The translations under genes and the position numbers were made by a program. A model generated the notes under the pieces. That model had not been told where the DNA came from and did no database searches. It saw only the letters and a list, made by a program, of their open reading frames with translations. A stretch of DNA of 64,000 nt from Ignavibacteriota bacterium (lineage in GTDB: Bacteria; Bacteroidota; Ignavibacteria; Palsa-1295): positions 608,001-672,000 of the forward strand of contig CAWBEI010000002.1 of the NCBI GenBank assembly GCA_963787835.1, written 5' to 3'. Within the stretch, counting starts at the first letter, position 1. Every line of letters begins with the position of its first letter. Shown here one piece after another: positions 64,000 through 64,000 of this stretch.

Positions 64000-64000
64000 A

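Noticed and set aside
1-64000. CRISPR array, tRNA, rRNA or prophage
   Set aside because: No regularly spaced repeat-spacer array, no tRNA T/D-loop signatures (the cloverleaf repeats lack them), and no phage structural or integrase genes seen

Overview
Chromosomal window from a Bacteroidota/FCB-lineage bacterium; a Kapabacteria/Ignavibacteria-like organism is my inference from T9SS cargo proteins, PorE-like OmpA proteins, bshB1 and TAnnTTTG promoter boxes. It holds about 52 CDS: housekeeping genes (pit, comB, yebC, mtgA, dapF, manC, gmhB, galE-like, bshB1, yciH, lipB, partial 2-oxoacid dehydrogenase E1), envelope and secreted proteins (four T9SS cargo proteins, three PD40-OmpA proteins, several beta-barrels), four type II toxin-antitoxin cassettes, and one Y1/HUH transposase flanked by long structured inverted repeats. 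I found no rRNA, tRNA or CRISPR array. Most notable: (1) a signal-peptide protein that is a mosaic of Hcp (T6SS tube) strands and other short motifs, with no T6SS genes nearby; (2) about six families of short palindromic or tandem repeats, several inserted in frame in proteins or forming signal-peptide cores, one matching the hairpin format next to the transposase; (3) three +1 frameshifts that all fall on a GAAC/GTTC motif; (4) an isolated small ORF with a structured, sRNA-like 3' tail. All calls come from reading motifs by eye; no searches were run.
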